DNA of 64,000 bases from Halarcobacter sp. (GCA_963676565.1 OY781089.1:96001-160000); one strand, 5' to 3'; numbered from the stretch's first letter, positions 36,389 through 47,368 are shown. Translations and numbers: made by a program. The notes: generated by a model not told the origin, from the sequence alone.

Positions 36389-39300
36389 CAAATAGCTCCA
36401 AGGCATCTTTAAACTTAAATTTAGAAGTAATTTTTTTTATTTCTTCAAAAAAGATTCTATCTTTTTCATTTAATTTCAGTCCTTCTAACTTTTCAATTAT
36501 AGGTTTACAATTTTTTGCTCTTTTTGTTTTTATCGCTTCTTTTAAATTATTGAAAAGTTCATCTCTTAAATCTTTTGAAATATCTTCCTTTTCTATTTTT
36601 TCATTTGGTAGCTTTTCTTCAATCTCTTCAATAACTGTATTTAATTTTGAAATAAATAAAGGCAATAACTGTTTATTTGAGCTTTTTTCAATCTCTTCTG
36701 CCATTTTTGAAATTTCTAAAGCCCCTGCACTAGCACTTAAACCTTTTATTGAATGCATTGTTCTTTTAAACTCTTCTCCATCTAAAGTTTCATAATTTAA
36801 ATTTTTGTAATTTAATAAACCTTTTACAATTTTTATATAAGTATCTTCCATATCCATTACAAGTTTTAAACCATACTCTGTATCTAAATTTTCAAAATTA
36901 GGAATTGATGATTTGTTATTATTTTCGATTTTATTATCCATTGAAACATCAATTTTTTTTGAGATATATTTAATCAAAACATTATAAAGTTTTTCTATTT
37001 CTATAGGTTTGTTTAAATGTTCATCCATACCTACTTGTTTTGTTTTTTCTATATCTTCTCTCATAGCATTTGCAGTTAAAGCAATAATTGGAATATCTTT
37101 ATCTTTTTGTCTAATTGCTTTTGTAGCTTCATAGCCATCTAAGATTGGCATTTGAATATCCATTAATATAAGTTCAAATTTATTTGTTTTTGATTCATGG
37201 GCAATTATAGCCTCTGCTCCATTTGATACAATATCAATATTAATATCAAATTCCTTTAAGATATCAACTATTATCTCTTGGTTAGTTTCATTATCCTCAA
37301 CTAGTAAGATACTACTACCTTTTAAAGATTTCATTTTATTTACTAAATCTTTTTTATCATTAATACTTTTTTTTCTTTTTATACTTGGTTCCCCTAAAAA
37401 TATCTCCGATAAAATATCATTAATTTGTGAAGGGTTAACAGGCTTATGAAGATAATATTTAATCCCAATATCTTTTATGGCTTCTTCTATACTATCAGTA
37501 GTATTTCCACTAAGAAGAATTATTTTATTAGAATCGATTTTTAACTCATTTTTCATTTTTAAACAGACATCTAAGCCATCAATATCATCAAGTCTCCAAT
37601 CTACAATAACTAAATCAAAACTTTTAGGATTACCTGAAACAATCTGTAAACCATCATTTCCACTTTTTGTTAATAAAGCTTCGATGCCAAATCTTTTTAA
37701 TAAATTATCAATTATCTCCAACCAACTTGCACAGTCATCAATTACTAAAACTTTTTTATCATGAAAAATATTGTATGTGCATTCAATTGTTCTTTTTTCT
37801 AATTCTATTTCAAATTTAAAATTGCTTCCTTTGCCAATACTACTTTCAACACTAATTTCTCCATCCATTAATTCAAGAAGTTGTTTAGTAATAGCAAGAC
37901 CTAAACCTGTTCCTCCAAATTTTTTACTTGTACTACTATCAGCTTGAGAAAAAGATTTAAATAGCTTATTTTTTTGTTCTTCAGTTAAACCTATACCTGT
38001 ATCTTTTACCTCAAATCCTATTCTATCTTCATTTATTTTTCTAACCTTTAAGGCAATTTCACCTTCATTAGTAAATTTAACTGCATTTCCTAAAAGATTC
38101 ATTAAAATCTGATTTATTCTTAAGCTATCTCCATAATATTCTTTCCCTAAGATTGGGTCATATTCTACAGTTAAGATAAGGTTTTTTTCACTTGCTTTAA
38201 GTTCAATTAGATTAATTACATTTTCAATCAATGCAAATAAATCAAAATTTGCTTTGTTTAATTCAAGTTTACCTGCTTCAATTTTGCTTATATCTAGAAT
38301 ATCATTTATTATTGTTAAAAGTGTATTTGCAGAATGACTGATTTTATTATTATAATGCTCTTGTTTTTTATCTAATTTTGTTTTTGAAAGAAGATAAGAC
38401 ATTCCTAAGATTCCACCCATAGGGGTTCTAATCTCATGGGACATATTTGCAAGAAAAGTCGATTTTGCTTTTGTTGCTAATTCAGCCTCTTCTTTTGCAC
38501 TTACTAAAGCTTTTTCTGCCTTTTTTTGTATTGTAATATCTTCAATAATACCTTGTATTTCAATAATCTCATTGTTTTCATCTTTAATTGAATAGGCAAA
38601 AACATTACAATACACCAACTCTCCATTGGGTTTTAAAAGTTCTGTTACATGATAATTATAATCTGATCTTTTTTCTAAAAGTTCATTATGACTTTTGATA
38701 TTTTCTTTTAAACCCTTTTCTGTCCAATTAATGAAATCTGTCCAAGAATTATTGATGATTTTTTCTCTGCTAATCCCAAATATCTTTTGAGCTGCATTAC
38801 TTAAATATAAAACCTTTATATCCTTTGGTTCATAAGAAAAGATCGCAAATTCACTACCAATATTTTCAATAAAATTCTCATATTGGTTTTTTATTTCAAA
38901 TATTTGTTTTGTTTTCTTTTCAACCTCTTCTTCTAAATGTTCAGATAATCGTTTTTGTTCAGTTATATCTTCTGAAACACCCAACAAAAATTTAGGATTC
39001 CCATCTAAATCATCAATTGTAATCTTCTTAGTATGTAAAACTCTTACTCCTATTGGAGTATCTATTAACTCCTCTTTTATATCTTCTAATTTTCCTGATG
39101 AAATAACTTTTCTATCTTTAGTTACAAAAAAATCGGCTTGCTCTTTAGGGAAAAAATCATAATCACTTTTACCAAGCATTTTTTCTTTTGCTTGTCCAAC
39201 TAGCTTTTCAAATGAATCATTTAAATGTACATATTTTAATTTTTCTGCATCTTTTATAAATAGTGGTGTGGGAATTGTATTTATGATTGTTTTTAATTGA

Positions 39301-40742
39301 GTTTCACTCTCTTTTATCTCTTTTAGTAATTTATTATTTTCAGTAATATCTCTAAAAGATACATAAATAAACTCTTCATTATTTAATTTTATTTTAATTG
39401 CATTAATAGAAACATCTAATGTTTCTCCATCTTTTCTTTTATATTTTGATTCAAAATTTAAAGGCTTATAATCTAAAGAATTAATATTTTTTCTAATTTG
39501 TTCTTTCGTATGACGTGTTTCGAAAAAAGATACATGTTGTCCTATTAACTCATTTTTTTTGAACCCTAAAGTTTTTAGGGCTTGTGTACTACATTCTAAA
39601 ACAATACCTTTAAAATTAGAAATAAAAATCGAATCTGAAGATTTTTCTATCATACTTTTATATTTGGTTCTTTCATCTTCTAAAGCTCTTTGATTCTCTT
39701 CAAGCTTTTCTTTTTGAATCATTAATCTATATAACACAATACACAATATAGTATAAAGTACAAAAAATATAAGCTCAATATATGTAACAGTTTTTTTCGT
39801 AAAAGCTATAGATTCATCATCAGTATAATTTACAATCCAAGCTTTTTTATCTTCATTATCAGAAGATAAAGGTAAAAAAGATGCTGCTGTATATTCTACT
39901 GTATGTTTGTTAAAAATGGCAAGTGCAAATGGTTTATTTAAATCCATTTTTTCTTTTATCTCATCTTTTTTTAATTTAATCTCTTCTGATAAACCTTTCC
40001 ATGTATTTATATGAGCTTCGTTTTCTTCTTTACTAAAGTTTACTACATACTCATCATTTTCAATACTTTTAGTTAGTTTTTTATTTTCCCCTACAGTCCA
40101 AACTCTATGCTCAAGCATTTTTTTGTTTAATAAAAGATGGGTGTGTTTCCCTTCTGCATCAGCTAACTGCTTTTGTAAAAAAGTCGTTGGAAAAGCTATA
40201 TCAACTAAACCAATATAATCTCCTTTTTTATTAAACAATGGGTATATTTGCCTATAAGAAGAGATTGTTTTCCCAGAAGTAAGACCTTGAAAAACAGTTT
40301 TAGTTTTATGAACCTTTAAATAATCTTTTCTTATTTTGTCTAAATTGTCTCCAAAATAATTTGGTTTATGCATTCTTAAAAAAGAATTGTTATCTTCAAA
40401 GACAAAATGCACTTGATAAACACCTTTTACCTTAGCATCCAAATAGTCTTCTTCAAATATTTTATAAATAACTTTTCTATAAGTATTTAATAATTTAACA
40501 TCTTTTTCATTTTTAGCTTTATTGAAAATATTGATTAGTTTTTCATTTTTTGTGATTTTTTTATGTAGTAAATTTGATTCAGTTTCTAGGGATTTAATTA
40601 ATCTTTTTACTTGCTTTTTTACACTATCTAAGTGACTATTTAAGGATAGTTCAACTCTTTGAACACTATTTATTTCACTAATTAAATAAACTATTGCATT
40701 TAATATAATAAATACAAATAAAAGTATAGTCTTCTTTTTCAT
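36381..40742 (-). CDS. Hybrid sensor kinase (Cache, 3 PAS, HisKA/HATPase, 2 REC, Hpt-like)
   Basis: FLANMSHEIRTPM, NLLGNAVKFT, GGTGLGL, two receiver domains and HSIKG. Confidence 0.92.
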   Translation of the reverse strand: MKKKTILLFVFIILNAIVYLISEINSVQRVELSLNSHLDSVKKQVKRLIKSLETESNLLHKKITKNEKLINIFNKAKNEKDVKLLNTYRKVIYKIFEEDYLDAKVKGVYQVHFVFEDNNSFLRMHKPNYFGDNLDKIRKDYLKVHKTKTVFQGLTSGKTISSYRQIYPLFNKKGDYIGLVDIAFPTTFLQKQLADAEGKHTHLLLNKKMLEHRVWTVGENKKLTKSIENDEYVVNFSKEENEAHINTWKGLSEEIKLKKDEIKEKMDLNKPFALAIFNKHTVEYTAASFLPLSSDNEDKKAWIVNYTDDESIAFTKKTVTYIELIFFVLYTILCIVLYRLMIQKEKLEENQRALEDERTKYKSMIEKSSDSIFISNFKGIVLECSTQALKTLGFKKNELIGQHVSFFETRHTKEQIRKNINSLDYKPLNFESKYKRKDGETLDVSINAIKIKLNNEEFIYVSFRDITENNKLLKEIKESETQLKTIINTIPTPLFIKDAEKLKYVHLNDSFEKLVGQAKEKMLGKSDYDFFPKEQADFFVTKDRKVISSGKLEDIKEELIDTPIGVRVLHTKKITIDDLDGNPKFLLGVSEDITEQKRLSEHLEEEVEKKTKQIFEIKNQYENFIENIGSEFAIFSYEPKDIKVLYLSNAAQKIFGISREKIINNSWTDFINWTEKGLKENIKSHNELLEKRSDYNYHVTELLKPNGELVYCNVFAYSIKDENNEIIEIQGIIEDITIQKKAEKALVSAKEEAELATKAKSTFLANMSHEIRTPMGGILGMSYLLSKTKLDKKQEHYNNKISHSANTLLTIINDILDISKIEAGKLELNKANFDLFALIENVINLIELKASEKNLILTVEYDPILGKEYYGDSLRINQILMNLLGNAVKFTNEGEIALKVRKINEDRIGFEVKDTGIGLTEEQKNKLFKSFSQADSSTSKKFGGTGLGLAITKQLLELMDGEISVESSIGKGSNFKFEIELEKRTIECTYNIFHDKKVLVIDDCASWLEIIDNLLKRFGIEALLTKSGNDGLQIVSGNPKSFDLVIVDWRLDDIDGLDVCLKMKNELKIDSNKIILLSGNTTDSIEEAIKDIGIKYYLHKPVNPSQINDILSEIFLGEPSIKRKKSINDKKDLVNKMKSLKGSSILLVEDNETNQEIIVDILKEFDINIDIVSNGAEAIIAHESKTNKFELILMDIQMPILDGYEATKAIRQKDKDIPIIALTANAMREDIEKTKQVGMDEHLNKPIEIEKLYNVLIKYISKKIDVSMDNKIENNNKSSIPNFENLDTEYGLKLVMDMEDTYIKIVKGLLNYKNLNYETLDGEEFKRTMHSIKGLSASAGALEISKMAEEIEKSSNKQLLPLFISKLNTVIEEIEEKLPNEKIEKEDISKDLRDELFNNLKEAIKTKRAKNCKPIIEKLEGLKLNEKDRIFFEEIKKITSKFKFKDALELFDE

Positions 40743-40866
40743 AGGAAATCCCTAAAAACAATTTTATTGCCTATTTTAAAATTACTTTTTTATTATAATT
40801 AAATATACTAACATATTAATAATATAAAAATAATGATTATATTTTATAAGAAGTGTTTAAAATAAT

Positions 40867-42294
40867 TTATAATTTAGGGGGATTTTCTTTTCTTCTTTTT
40901 TTCCTTATAGAAGACCTTTTTGATTTAATATATAAAATTCTAATAATTCTTTTTATATTTATAAAAAACCTAGTTGTATAAGAAGCTTCAGTATGTTCTA
41001 TCTCTTCACCTAAATTTACATTTAAGGCATCACTTTTTTTAACAGATAAAATTTGTGAAGGGAAAACACTTCTATGACCTGTCATTAAAAAAGCAATAAT
41101 AATAGATAAAGCTGAATAATGGGCAACATTAATACCAAATAGTTCAACAGCCATAATCATAGCAGCAATTGGCGCACTTGTTGTCCCTGCTAATACACTA
41201 ACAAATCCTAAAGCTGCAAATAATGGGATATAACTATCAACTAAACTCCCAAAGAAATTACCACTTGTTGCACCCATATAAAAAATTGGAGTAATAACTC
41301 CTCCACTTCCACCAAATCCTAAAGTTAAAGCAGTAAACAAAGTTTTTAAAATAAAAGCATACCAAGGGACACTTTCATGGTCCATAGAACTTGCAGAAAT
41401 AGAATCTTTTATTGTTTCAAAACCTAAACCTAGATATTCATCTCCAAAGATTAAAGCAAGAATTACAATTAATACTCCACCTAAAAAAGCTTTTATAACA
41501 TAATGAAGATTAATTGATTTTGCAAGATTATGTATATATCTTAAAGTTGTAATAATAAAATCTGAAACTAGCCCAAAAAATACACCGGCTAAGATAACTT
41601 TTGCTATTAAAACATAATCAAAATCGAAGCTTACATAATATGCAATATCAAAGTAAGTATAACTTATTCCAAACATTTTTGCCACAAAAAAAGCAGAGAA
41701 TCCAGCAACAATTGAAGGTAATAAAATATCATACATCAAAGCACCAACAATAAGAATTTCAACTCCAAAAATAGCTCCAGCTAAAGGTGTTCCAAATACA
41801 GAAGCAAAACCTGCACTAATCCCACAAATAACCATTTTCTTTCTATCTCTTTTTGAAAACTTAAACATTGTTGCAATAAACGAAGCTGATGCAGCACCAA
41901 TTTGTGCTCCAGGTCCCTCTTTACCAACAGAACCACCAGCAAATATTGTAATAACAGTAGCCATAAGTTTAATTGGGACTACAGCAACATTCATTTTTCC
42001 TTGATTTTTATGAACCGCTTCAATAACTTTTTCAGTCCCATGTCCTTCAGCTGTAGGAGCAAATTTTTTTACAATAACAACTGTTAAAACTAAAGCAAAA
42101 GGTAGAGTATAGTAATACTCAAAAGGTAATTCACCCCTTTGATTTTCAAAGTATTCTAGAATTTTTAAAAAACCTGCAACAATAGCTCCAATCAAACCTC
42201 CAATAAGTGAGGAGAGTAGTATCCATTTTGTGATTGATGCGAACATTACAGTTTGTTCTGTAATGTGAGTTGTTACTTTTTTATTATTATCCAT
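40867..42294 (-). CDS. CLC-family chloride channel/transporter
   Basis: GHGTE, GGSVGKEGP, FGTPLAG and GGVITP motifs. Confidence 0.9.
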   Translation of the reverse strand: MDNNKKVTTHITEQTVMFASITKWILLSSLIGGLIGAIVAGFLKILEYFENQRGELPFEYYYTLPFALVLTVVIVKKFAPTAEGHGTEKVIEAVHKNQGKMNVAVVPIKLMATVITIFAGGSVGKEGPGAQIGAASASFIATMFKFSKRDRKKMVICGISAGFASVFGTPLAGAIFGVEILIVGALMYDILLPSIVAGFSAFFVAKMFGISYTYFDIAYYVSFDFDYVLIAKVILAGVFFGLVSDFIITTLRYIHNLAKSINLHYVIKAFLGGVLIVILALIFGDEYLGLGFETIKDSISASSMDHESVPWYAFILKTLFTALTLGFGGSGGVITPIFYMGATSGNFFGSLVDSYIPLFAALGFVSVLAGTTSAPIAAMIMAVELFGINVAHYSALSIIIAFLMTGHRSVFPSQILSVKKSDALNVNLGEEIEHTEASYTTRFFINIKRIIRILYIKSKRSSIRKKRRKENPPKL

Positions 42295-42408
42295 ACTATG
42301 CGCTTTTTATGAGAATCTTTTAAGAGATTCTAACATAAAAGTTATTATTTTCCGTTACAAAAGTGATGCAAAAATAACTTTTTTTTAAAATTATTGGACA
42401 TATGTTCA

Positions 42409-43080
42409 TTATTTACTCTTTAGATGTTCATTTAAGGTTTTATATTCTTCAATATCTTTAGGTTCAACACCTAAAATTTCAGGTAATGATTTTACTCCCA
42501 TTGATAAAAGATATTGTAAATTTGAGTCAAAAGTAGCTTCTTCTATAACCCAAATATTATCCTTGTGAGTTTCAAACATATACCCACCATTTGGAATTGG
42601 AGTCATTGATAAAACAACAGTATAATGATCTTTTACAATAGATTCTTTAGTAGAATACATAAGACCAACATTATATTCATTCTTTGAAAAACCACGAATT
42701 AAAACAACTAAAACTTTCTTCTCACCAGACTTTGAAGTGTTAAAAATATTTATAAGCTCTTTAATAGTCTCATATCCAGGAATTTTAGAATAAAGTTTTT
42801 GGATAAAATCCATCATACCAGTTTCTACAAAAACACCTAATACATATGCTAAAAACCCCAATGATGCTAAACCTATAAATGTCCATAATACTGGATAATT
42901 ATTTGGTTCAAATCCAACTAAATGAAAAAGTTGTCCCGTTAATAAATTTACATTTTCATAAAGCCATAAAATAATCATTGTAATTGCTGCAATAGGAGCA
43001 AGCCAAAATAAACCTTTTAAGATAACAGTTATTATATGATCTTTACCATGGGCAAAAAACTCTTTTATTTTTTCAAGCAT
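42409..43080 (-). CDS. DUF502 membrane protein
   Basis: KIPGY.TIK and MTPIPNGGY motifs with N-terminal TM segments. Confidence 0.75.
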   Translation of the reverse strand: MLEKIKEFFAHGKDHIITVILKGLFWLAPIAAITMIILWLYENVNLLTGQLFHLVGFEPNNYPVLWTFIGLASLGFLAYVLGVFVETGMMDFIQKLYSKIPGYETIKELINIFNTSKSGEKKVLVVLIRGFSKNEYNVGLMYSTKESIVKDHYTVVLSMTPIPNGGYMFETHKDNIWVIEEATFDSNLQYLLSMGVKSLPEILGVEPKDIEEYKTLNEHLKSK

Positions 43081-43172
43081 TAAAAAACCTTTTTTTAAAT
43101 TATATCTTTGTATTATAACCATTTGATAACCGAATTTAATTAAAATCTAAACAATATTGAAAAAGAGTAAAA

Positions 43173-43541
43173 ATGAGAAACCAACCTAAATATCATTTTA
43201 TAAAAAATACTACTTATGCCTTAAAAGGTTTAAAAGATATTATTGCAACAGAAAACTCATTTAAAATAGAATTGATATTTTTTATTTTTGCTGTAGTTTT
43301 ATTGTTTTTAATAGATACCTCACTTACAAACAAAATTATACTTTTTTCAACAATTTCTCTTGTCCTTTTAACAGAAGCTATAAATTCTGCAATTGAAAGA
43401 GCGATAGATTTAGTAACCTTAGAGCATGAAGTTTTAGCAGGTAAAGCTAAAGATGCAGGAAGTGCAGCAGTTTTTATATCAATAATTATAGCCTTGGTTT
43501 CATGGAGTTTAATTTTATTAGATAGTTTTAATTTGATATAA
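43173..43541 (+). CDS. dgkA: Diacylglycerol kinase
   Basis: EAINSAIERAID and AKDAGSAAV. Confidence 0.92.
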   Translation: MRNQPKYHFIKNTTYALKGLKDIIATENSFKIELIFFIFAVVLLFLIDTSLTNKIILFSTISLVLLTEAINSAIERAIDLVTLEHEVLAGKAKDAGSAAVFISIIIALVSWSLILLDSFNLI

Positions 43542-43594
43542 AACTTATACAGAAAACAAGATTATTTTTTTGTTTTTTTGGATAAAATCTATCC

Positions 43595-45196
43595 ATGGAA
43601 ACAACACTATTAATAATATTTTTATCCCTTGCCCTAGCAACAGTATTAAATTTGATTTTAAAAAAATTATCAATATCACATATAATTGGTTATATATTAA
43701 CTGGTGCAATTATGGCACCAATTTTTAATATAGGGCCTCATAATGATGTACTTTTATTAATAGCAGAGTTTGGTATTGTATTTTTAATGTTTACAATTGG
43801 ATTAGAGATGCCAATTGAAAAACTAAAAAAGATGAAAGAGCTTTTATTTCTTAATGGCTCACTTCAAGTTGGTATTAGTGCAATCATAATCTTTACAATC
43901 TCAAAATTTATATTTTCAATTGATACAAATTCATCAATTATAATTGCCCTAGCTTTTTCACTTTCATCAACAGCAATCGTTTTAAGTTACTTAAAACAAT
44001 CAAAAGATATTTACACTCCATATGGTGAAGCTTCAACTGCAATTTTAGTTTTCCAAGATTTAGCAGTAATTCCAATACTTCTTTTAATCTCATTTTTATC
44101 AAATGAGACATTAAGTATGAGTGAGATAATTCTAAAAACAGTTTTATCTGCTGTGATAATTATAGTATTTATGTTTACAATAGGTAAAAAAGCCTCAACA
44201 TGGCTATTACAATTTTCATCAAATAGTAGACTTGAAGAGTTATTTTTAGGCTCTGTAATGTCAATTTTATTTGGGGCTTCTATTTTAGCTCATTATTTAG
44301 GGTTTACTTATTCATTAGGAGCATTTATAGCTGGGATGATTATTGCCGAAACAAAATTTCATATAAAGGTTGAATCAGATATTGCTTCCTATAAAGATTT
44401 ACTACTAGGAACTTTTTTCTTTTCAGTTGGTACAAAAATAGATGCAAGTTTTTTAATTAGTAATATACATTATGTATTTTTAGTATTTATTTCAGTAATG
44501 CTTATTAAAGCCTTCGTGATTTATGCCATAATCAAAAGAAAATTAAACAAAAGTGATTCTATAAAATCAGCTTTAGCCTTATGTCAAGTTGGTGAATTTT
44601 CCTTTGCAGTTTTTGCCTTAGCTAGTGCAGATGGATTATTAGAAAATGATATGGCAAAATTTTTAATACTAGTTACAACTTTATCTATGATTTTAACACC
44701 TTTTATTGTTAATAATATCTATAAGTTAGCTTCATATTTTGTTGTAGAATTTTATGAATCAGATAAAATCACGCCAATTAATAAAAAAGATCATATAGTT
44801 ATTTGTGGTTACTCTATGCTTGGAAGAATTATTGCTATGCAGTTAAATGAAAAAGGCAAACCCTTTGTAATAATTTCAGATAATTTAAAACATGTATTAT
44901 TAGCAAGAAAAAATGGTTACATGGCTTATTTTGGACATATTGAAAAATTACCAGTTTTAGAATCACTTAAAGTTGATGAGGCACAATCTATTATTGTAGC
45001 TTTATCAAATTTAAAGGAAAAAAGATTAATTTGTGAAGCAATTTTAAACTTTAAAGCAGATTCAAAACTAATTGTAAAAATTGACTCTTTAGATGAAAAA
45101 AAAGAATTAAGGGATTTAAATATAGATCAATTTGTTCATTCTCAACTTGAAACTGCAAAACTAATTGTTGATAAAGCTTTAGATATACAAAAATAA
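43595..45196 (+). CDS. CPA2/KefC-like cation:proton antiporter with TrkA-N domain
   Basis: LSSTAIV, LVFQDLA, QVGEFSF and ICGYSMLG. Confidence 0.9.
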   Translation: METTLLIIFLSLALATVLNLILKKLSISHIIGYILTGAIMAPIFNIGPHNDVLLLIAEFGIVFLMFTIGLEMPIEKLKKMKELLFLNGSLQVGISAIIIFTISKFIFSIDTNSSIIIALAFSLSSTAIVLSYLKQSKDIYTPYGEASTAILVFQDLAVIPILLLISFLSNETLSMSEIILKTVLSAVIIIVFMFTIGKKASTWLLQFSSNSRLEELFLGSVMSILFGASILAHYLGFTYSLGAFIAGMIIAETKFHIKVESDIASYKDLLLGTFFFSVGTKIDASFLISNIHYVFLVFISVMLIKAFVIYAIIKRKLNKSDSIKSALALCQVGEFSFAVFALASADGLLENDMAKFLILVTTLSMILTPFIVNNIYKLASYFVVEFYESDKITPINKKDHIVICGYSMLGRIIAMQLNEKGKPFVIISDNLKHVLLARKNGYMAYFGHIEKLPVLESLKVDEAQSIIVALSNLKEKRLICEAILNFKADSKLIVKIDSLDEKKELRDLNIDQFVHSQLETAKLIVDKALDIQK

Positions 45197-45200
45197 GAGT

Positions 45201-45230
45201 AAAAAAAAAGAGCAAATTAATTTGCTCTTT
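45201..45230 (-). terminator. Intrinsic terminator (strong on minus strand, probably bidirectional)
   Basis: AAAGAGCAAA-TTAA-TTTGCTC followed by T9 on the minus strand. Confidence 0.8.
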
Positions 45231-45262
45231 TCTCTACTATGAAGGACGTTTAATTAGTAGGT
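45201..45262 (-). ncRNA. Candidate ~60-nt small regulatory RNA with anti-SD loop
   Basis: Upstream GCTA-N7-GCTA-N11-TATAAT promoter, CUACUA/UAGUAG hairpin with an UCCUU loop, and a terminator with U9. No start codon. Confidence 0.62.
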
Positions 45263-45268
45263 GAAATA

Positions 45269-45300
45269 ATTATAATAAAGCATCATAGCAAAACAGTAGC
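45269..45300 (-). promoter_or_regulatory. Promoter GCTA-N7-GCTA-N11-TATAAT
   Basis: TAGC on + at 45286 and 45297; attata at 45269-45274. Confidence 0.7.
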
Positions 45301-45377
45301 ATTTAAAAGAAATTTAACAATTTTTAATAGCTTTTTCAATAGAATTACAAAATTTAACCAAAAAAGAGACACTTATC

Positions 45378-46472
45378 TTGTATTCCAAAGAGCTTAATTC
45401 AATAAAAAAATCAAATCGTTATAGAAAAAGAGAAGTCTATGATGTAAACTTAATTGACCTTGCATCAAACGATTACCTTGGATTATCAGTAAAAAAAGAG
45501 CTTTTCGAAAATGCATATAAAAGAGTTTTAAATGAAAAATATTCTTCTCCAAAAGCATCTATGCTTGTAAATGGATACTCAAAAATTCATAAAGATTTTG
45601 AAGATGCTTTAAAAAAAGCCAATAATTTTGAAGATGCATTAGTTGTAGGAAGTGGTTTTTTAGCAAACCTTTCTATGATAGAAGCACTTGTAAGAAAAGG
45701 TGATGTTTTATTTCTTGATGAAGATTACCACGCAAGTGGAATGTTAGCAAGTAAATTATTAGATGAGAAACAACTTGTTATTTTTAAACATAATGACCAC
45801 AAAGATTTAGATGAAAAAATCAATTCAAGCATAGTAAAGGGTCGAAAAATAATCGCCATTGAAGGTGTTTATTCTATGGGTGGAGATTTAGCTTCAAAAG
45901 AGATTTTTGATATTGCCCAAAAACAAAATGCCTTACTAATTGTAGATGAAGCGCACTCTTCTGGGGTTTTAGGTGATAACCTTCTTGGTATTTTTAGTCA
46001 CTATAAAATCAAACCACAAAATAACCATATTAAAATGGGTACCTTAGGAAAAGCCTATGGAAGCTATGGTGCATACATTTTAGCATCAAATGAGATTATT
46101 GAATTTTTACTAAATCGTGCAAAGGCAGTAATTTATACAACTGCCCCATCGCTATTTGATATTGCTTTAGGGCATGAGGCTTTAAATTTTATTTTAGAAA
46201 ATACTAATTTATTGAAAAAAAGAATTAAGTCCAATTTACAAGTAATAAATGATATTTTAGGTATAAATTCAGATAGTTTAATTATTCCAATTGAAATTGC
46301 TGATAATAAAAAAGTTATTGAAATTCAAAGTCAATTGAAAGAAAAAGGCTATTTAGTTGGTGCAATCAGGCAACCAACAGTTAAAAGTGCAATTATTAGA
46401 CTTATTGCAAAAATTGATATTAGTAGTGATGAACTTACAAAAGTTTGTACTTTAATTAAGGAGTTAAAATGA
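45378..46472 (+). CDS. bioF: 8-amino-7-oxononanoate synthase
   Basis: ASNDYLGL, SGFLAN, EGVYSMGGD, VDEAHS, GTLGKAYG and AIRQPTV. Confidence 0.88.
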   Translation: MYSKELNSIKKSNRYRKREVYDVNLIDLASNDYLGLSVKKELFENAYKRVLNEKYSSPKASMLVNGYSKIHKDFEDALKKANNFEDALVVGSGFLANLSMIEALVRKGDVLFLDEDYHASGMLASKLLDEKQLVIFKHNDHKDLDEKINSSIVKGRKIIAIEGVYSMGGDLASKEIFDIAQKQNALLIVDEAHSSGVLGDNLLGIFSHYKIKPQNNHIKMGTLGKAYGSYGAYILASNEIIEFLLNRAKAVIYTTAPSLFDIALGHEALNFILENTNLLKKRIKSNLQVINDILGINSDSLIIPIEIADNKKVIEIQSQLKEKGYLVGAIRQPTVKSAIIRLIAKIDISSDELTKVCTLIKELK

Positions 46473-46711
46473 AAATATTATTACTAGTTACCTCTTTAGT
46501 TTTATGCTCCCTGGCAAATGAAAATTTTACAAATATGAAAAAATGTGAAGTAATTAAATTATCAAAATTTACAACTTTAATATCTTGTCACAAAGTTGAT
46601 TACTTAGTTAAATATAAACTTCAAGATGATGAAGAGAAAGATAATATCAAAAAAATTACAGTTATAACAACAAAAGATCAAAAAATAATATTAGGTGAAG
46701 AGAGAAATTAA
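46469..46711 (+). CDS. Small exported hypothetical protein
   Basis: AAGGAG RBS, ATGA overlap and a signal peptide. Confidence 0.7.
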   Translation: MKILLLVTSLVLCSLANENFTNMKKCEVIKLSKFTTLISCHKVDYLVKYKLQDDEEKDNIKKITVITTKDQKIILGEERN

Positions 46712-47368
46712 ATGCCTTTAGAAAAATTAATTGAAGGAAATGCATACTTTGTGGAAGAGAGATATCCTCATATGGAAGAGGAACTTCTAAACTTAGTTAA
46801 ATATGGACAACATCCAGAAGTGATGTTTATTGGTTGTAGTGATAGTAGAGTAACTCCAGATTTAATGTTAAATACAAAACCTGGCGATATGTTTATTTTA
46901 AGAAATGTTGGGAATTTTGTTCCACCATTTAAACATGATGAGGATTTCCATGGAAGTGCAGCTGCAATTGAGTTTGCAATTGCAGTTTTAAAAGTAAAAC
47001 ATATTATAGTTTGTGGTCATTCACATTGTGGTGCCTGTAAATCTTTATATCAAGAGATACCTGAAAATGAATCATATATTCACATAAAAACGTGGTTAAA
47101 ACTTGGTCAAAAAGCAAAAGAAAGAACCCTAAAGAATAAACAATTCACAACTGAAGAAGAGATGTATCGAGTAACAGAGCGAAACTCTATTAGACATCAA
47201 CTTGATAATCTAATGACCTATCCAGATGTGGAAAAACTAGTAAATGCTGGAAAGCTTCAAATCCATGGCTGGTATTATGATATAGCAACAGGTATTATTA
47301 ATTTTTATGAAAAAGAAACAGATACATTCAAACCATTAAGTGAGTTTAACTATGAGCCAACAAAATAA
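46712..47368 (+). CDS. Beta-carbonic anhydrase
   Basis: GCSDSRV, RNVGN, CGHSHCG and HGWYYD. Confidence 0.93.
   Translation: MPLEKLIEGNAYFVEERYPHMEEELLNLVKYGQHPEVMFIGCSDSRVTPDLMLNTKPGDMFILRNVGNFVPPFKHDEDFHGSAAAIEFAIAVLKVKHIIVCGHSHCGACKSLYQEIPENESYIHIKTWLKLGQKAKERTLKNKQFTTEEEMYRVTERNSIRHQLDNLMTYPDVEKLVNAGKLQIHGWYYDIATGIINFYEKETDTFKPLSEFNYEPTK

Noticed and set aside
36214..36795. 193-aa plus-strand ORF and other antisense ORFs (e.g. 18694-19137, 21494-21874, 61604-62065)
   Set aside because: They lie antisense within well-supported genes, have low-complexity Phe/Ser/Leu/Ile-rich translations and show no recognisable motifs.
40867..42294. Fluoride-specific CLC-F with a fluoride riboswitch
   Set aside because: It has GHGTE/GKEGP rather than CLC-F signature motifs, and I could not recognise a riboswitch upstream.
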